Assembly (NCBI RefSeq): GCF_030028105.1
Contig: NC_092379.1
Location: forward strand, 22,049,309-22,113,308
From: Mobula birostris
Lineage: Eukaryota
Length of the DNA stretch: 64,000 nt
Direction: 5' to 3'
In this document: piece after piece, positions 60,880 through 64,000 of the stretch
Layout: every line of letters begins with the position of its first letter
How positions within the stretch are numbered: the stretch's first letter is position 1
The notes under the pieces: model-generated
The model's database searches: none
What the model saw: only the letters and a program-made list of their open reading frames with translations
Told to the model about the DNA's origin: nothing
Program-made: the position numbers and the translations under genes

Positions 60880-62440
60880 AACCTTGCTTCATTTACCCCG
60901 GCAATTAGGTCCAAACCAGCCTTATCAAGGACTCTCACCTCAGTACGATTGAGCCAACATGGACCCAGTGCAATATCAAAGTCTTTCGTTCACTGTGGTG
61001 AGCCACAGTGAAAGGATTTCCAGACAAGGCCTGGAGATTAACGACCTCCTGGTACCTGTTCATCAACTTTCTCAGGGAGGAAGCCAAGGTCACTCGGGAG
61101 AGCCAGTTGGTGCTTCTGTGGAGCCAGCAGGTCTCCCAACCCTGCAGAGGTTCGACAGTGACTCGGGTTCTTACCGTGGCTTCCTCAGCCAATGCTCACT
61201 CGTGTTTGAACTACAGCTGTCCCAGTTCCTTTCAGAGCGAGGAAAGGTGGCCTTCATTTTCTCTCCAGGACTGGAAAAGTCCTGGCCTTGGCCACTGCGC
61301 ATTGGGAACATCGGTCTGAGATCTGCTCGGATTCAGAGGAATTCATGGCTGCCATGAGGAAGGTGTTTAATCACCTCACTGGAGCCAGCTGAGACTCAGA
61401 CCGGCTGATGAAGATTCGACAGGGGGGATGGTCCACGGCCGACAACGCAATCGAATTTTGGACCTTGTCCCAGAAGAGTGGTTGGAATGGAGAGGCCATG
61501 GCCATGCTCTACCACCACAGAAGAACTAAAGGATGCCTCGTCTTGGGAGAGCCAGCTGAGATCTTCGAGGCTTTGAGTGACCAGTCCGTCTGTCTCAACA
61601 ATCGTCTGGCAGAGCGAAAGTGGGACCACTTCAGGAAATCAAAGTGAGCCAGTTTGAGCCCAGTCCCCATGCAACACAGTTCCACCCCACAACGTCGGAC
61701 CATAACCAGCCCGTCGCTGCTCAAGATCCAGTCGAACTCATGCAGGTCGGTTGTGCTGGGCTCTCCGCTGATGAAAGGTCCCGGTGTCAGAGTCGCTGCT
61801 TTTACTGTGGGGGAGTATGTCACTGGTGAGCCGAGTGTCCCAGGCTGCAACCGTCGAGACTGCTAAGATCATCCAGTATCAGGAGGACTGTGACGGTTGC
61901 AGTCACTACTCCCAGTACAACTGACTCTGGGTTCATGCTGAAGGCAGAGTTCACCCGGGGTAAAAACTTAAGGCAGGTGAGAGCTGCCTGGACTCTGGGA
62001 CAGTGGGTTATTTTCTGGATTTAAGAACCACCCATCGGTTCGACATACCGCTGTGAGAGTTGAGCCAACACATGCCCGCAACTGTCTTGGACGGTCGCCC
62101 ACTCGGTTCCGGGCAGATCCAGCAACAGATTGTGGATTTACAGATGAGGATAGGGGTCATGTGGAAGACACTAGCTTCCACATTATTGACTCTTCACTCA
62201 TATCACTGATCCTCAGGTACCCTGGGCTGTCCCAGTATAACCCATCCGTGGACTGGAGAAAGGGCAGAATCATTGCTTCGTCCATTCATCGTAAGAGGTT
62301 TTATTTGCACCATGGTATTCCGAGACGCAAACACTGCTGTGACCAAGAACTAATTAGAGGGCAGCCTTCAGTGTGAGGTAACCTGAGACCTCCTAGAGAC
62401 CAAGTCCTGCCCTCAAGGACAAACAAGCCATTTCCAGTCA
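60880..62440 (+). mobile_element. Degraded Ty3/Gypsy (sushi/PEG10-like) gag-protease fragment
   Basis: IRQGGWSTADNAIEFWTLSQKSGWN, PVELMQVG...RCFYCGG..H knuckle, and ILRYPGLSQYNPSVDW protease-end motif. No paired LTRs seen. Confidence 0.7.
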
Positions 62441-62679
62441 ATAGGACTCTGTGAGTCCAAACACTATCTAGTCATGTCCTCTCGATCAGGACAGGACAAA
62501 GCAAATACCTGAACAGTCTGGGGAACTTGCAGCCAAGCTTATGGAATCCAGCTGCCAGTTCCAAAGGAAGGGATAAGACTCCTTTACGCTGACCCTTGAA
62601 GTCTTTTTCCAAGAGGGAAATAACCCTCAGTAATGCCTTATTGCTGTTGCCTGAGGATTCAGACGGGGATTTGAAGAGG

Positions 62680-64000
62680 AAGAAGTGTTCAAAAGGCAAG
62701 ATGACACAATTATGGTATCAAGGGAACTCAAAGGCAACATAACAGCCAAAGAGAGGGCATATAATTGAGCTGGAATTGGTGGGAATTTGGAGGGTTGGTA
62801 AGCATTTAAAATCAACAGAAGGCAACTAAAAAAGTCAATAAGGAGAATCAGATGGAATGCTAAAGTAAGCTACTCAATAATATTAAAGAAACACCAAAAG
62901 TCGCTTCAGATACATAAAGTGTAGAAGAGAGGCAAGAGTGGAAATCAATGCTGGAAAGGTAGTAATAGGGGACAAGGAAATGCAGGAGGAACTGAATAAA
63001 TATTTTGCATCACTCTTCGCTGAGGAAGACATGAGCAGTCTGATAGAACATCCGGGCATCGGGGTCATGACGTGTGTGAAGCTGCCATTACTACGGAAAA
63101 GATTTTTGAGAAATAGAAAGGTCTGAAGGTAGATAAATCACCTGGACCTGATGGTGTACACACGAGGGTTCAGAAGGAGGTAGCTTTGGAGATTGTAGAG
63201 GCATTTACTGTGATTTTTCAAGAATCCCTAGATTCTGGAATAGTTCCAGAATTCTGGGAAATTACAAGTGCCATTCTGCTCTTCAAGAAGGGAGAGAGAC
63301 AGAAGGAAGGAACGTATAGGCCAGTTAGTCTGACTTAAGTGGTTGAGAAGATGTTGGAATTGATTGTTAAGTTGTGGTTTTGGGGTACTTGAAGGCACAT
63401 GGTAAGATAGGCAGAAGTCAGCATGGTTTTCTCAAAGGAAAATCTTTCATGACAAATATGTTGGAATTCATTGTAGAAATAAAAAGCAAGATAGACAAAG
63501 GAGAATCAGTTGATGTTGTGTGCTTGGATTTTCAGAAAGCCTTCAACAAGCTGCCACACATGAGGCTGCTTAACAAGCTACGAGCCCATGGTACGACAGG
63601 AAAATTTCCAGGATGTTTAAAGCAGTGACTGATTGGTTGGAGGCAAAGAGTGGGAATAAAGGGAGACTTTTATGGTTGGCTGCAGGTGACTAGTGGTGTT
63701 CCACAGAGGTCTTTGTTCGGAATGATTCTTTTTACATTATATGTCAACGATTTGGATGTTGGGCTTGATGGCTTTGTTGCAAAGTTTGCAGACGATATGA
63801 AGACAGGTCGAGAGGCAGGTCATTTTGAGGAAGTAGAGAGGCTACAGAAAGATAGGCAGATTAGAAGAATGGGCAAAGAAGAGGCAGACGGAATACAATT
63901 CGGGAAGTGTATGGTCATGCTCTTTGGCAGAAGAAATGAAAGGGTTGACTATTTTCAAAATAGACAGAAAATACGAAACACTGAGACACAAAGTGTTTTG
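62680..64000 (+). mobile_element. CR1-type LINE ORF2 fragment running to the window end
   Basis: QHGFLKGKS..TN.LEF, VDVVCLDFQKAFNKLPH, FADD motif near 63785. Confidence 0.85.

Overview
Vertebrate genomic DNA, almost certainly from a cartilaginous fish (shark or ray), rich in CR1, RTE and L2-type LINEs, tRNA-derived SINEs, LTR retrotransposons and an endogenous retrovirus. The only host gene I can support is one complete, unrearranged immunoglobulin heavy-chain minilocus of the IgW type on the + strand (about 27,990-53,500). Its order is leader-VH-D1-D2-JH, [CH1], CH2, short Cys-containing secretory exon, CH3, CH4, CH5, CH6 with secretory tail, a duplicated CH3'-CH4' pair, then a TM exon. The key observation is that CH1, the light-chain-binding domain, is the only dead exon: it carries 2 stop codons, a 1-nt frameshift and a SINE insertion, while every other exon is open with correct splice phases. 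The single VH also has camelid-VHH-like substitutions at the VL interface (FR2 WAKQVSGSERECLA, i.e. E44/R45/C47). Together these point to a light-chain-free, heavy-chain-only IgW that uses a true VH domain, distinct from IgNAR and convergent with camelid heavy-chain antibodies. This is inferred from genomic sequence only and needs transcript and protein confirmation. Other content: a degraded fish-type ERV (1-6,902, minus strand) with a probable 2H-phosphoesterase between protease and RT, and a Gmr1-like Gypsy element with two LTRs (15,422-20,474). Family assignments rest on motifs I recognise and on remembered reference sequences; no database search was run.
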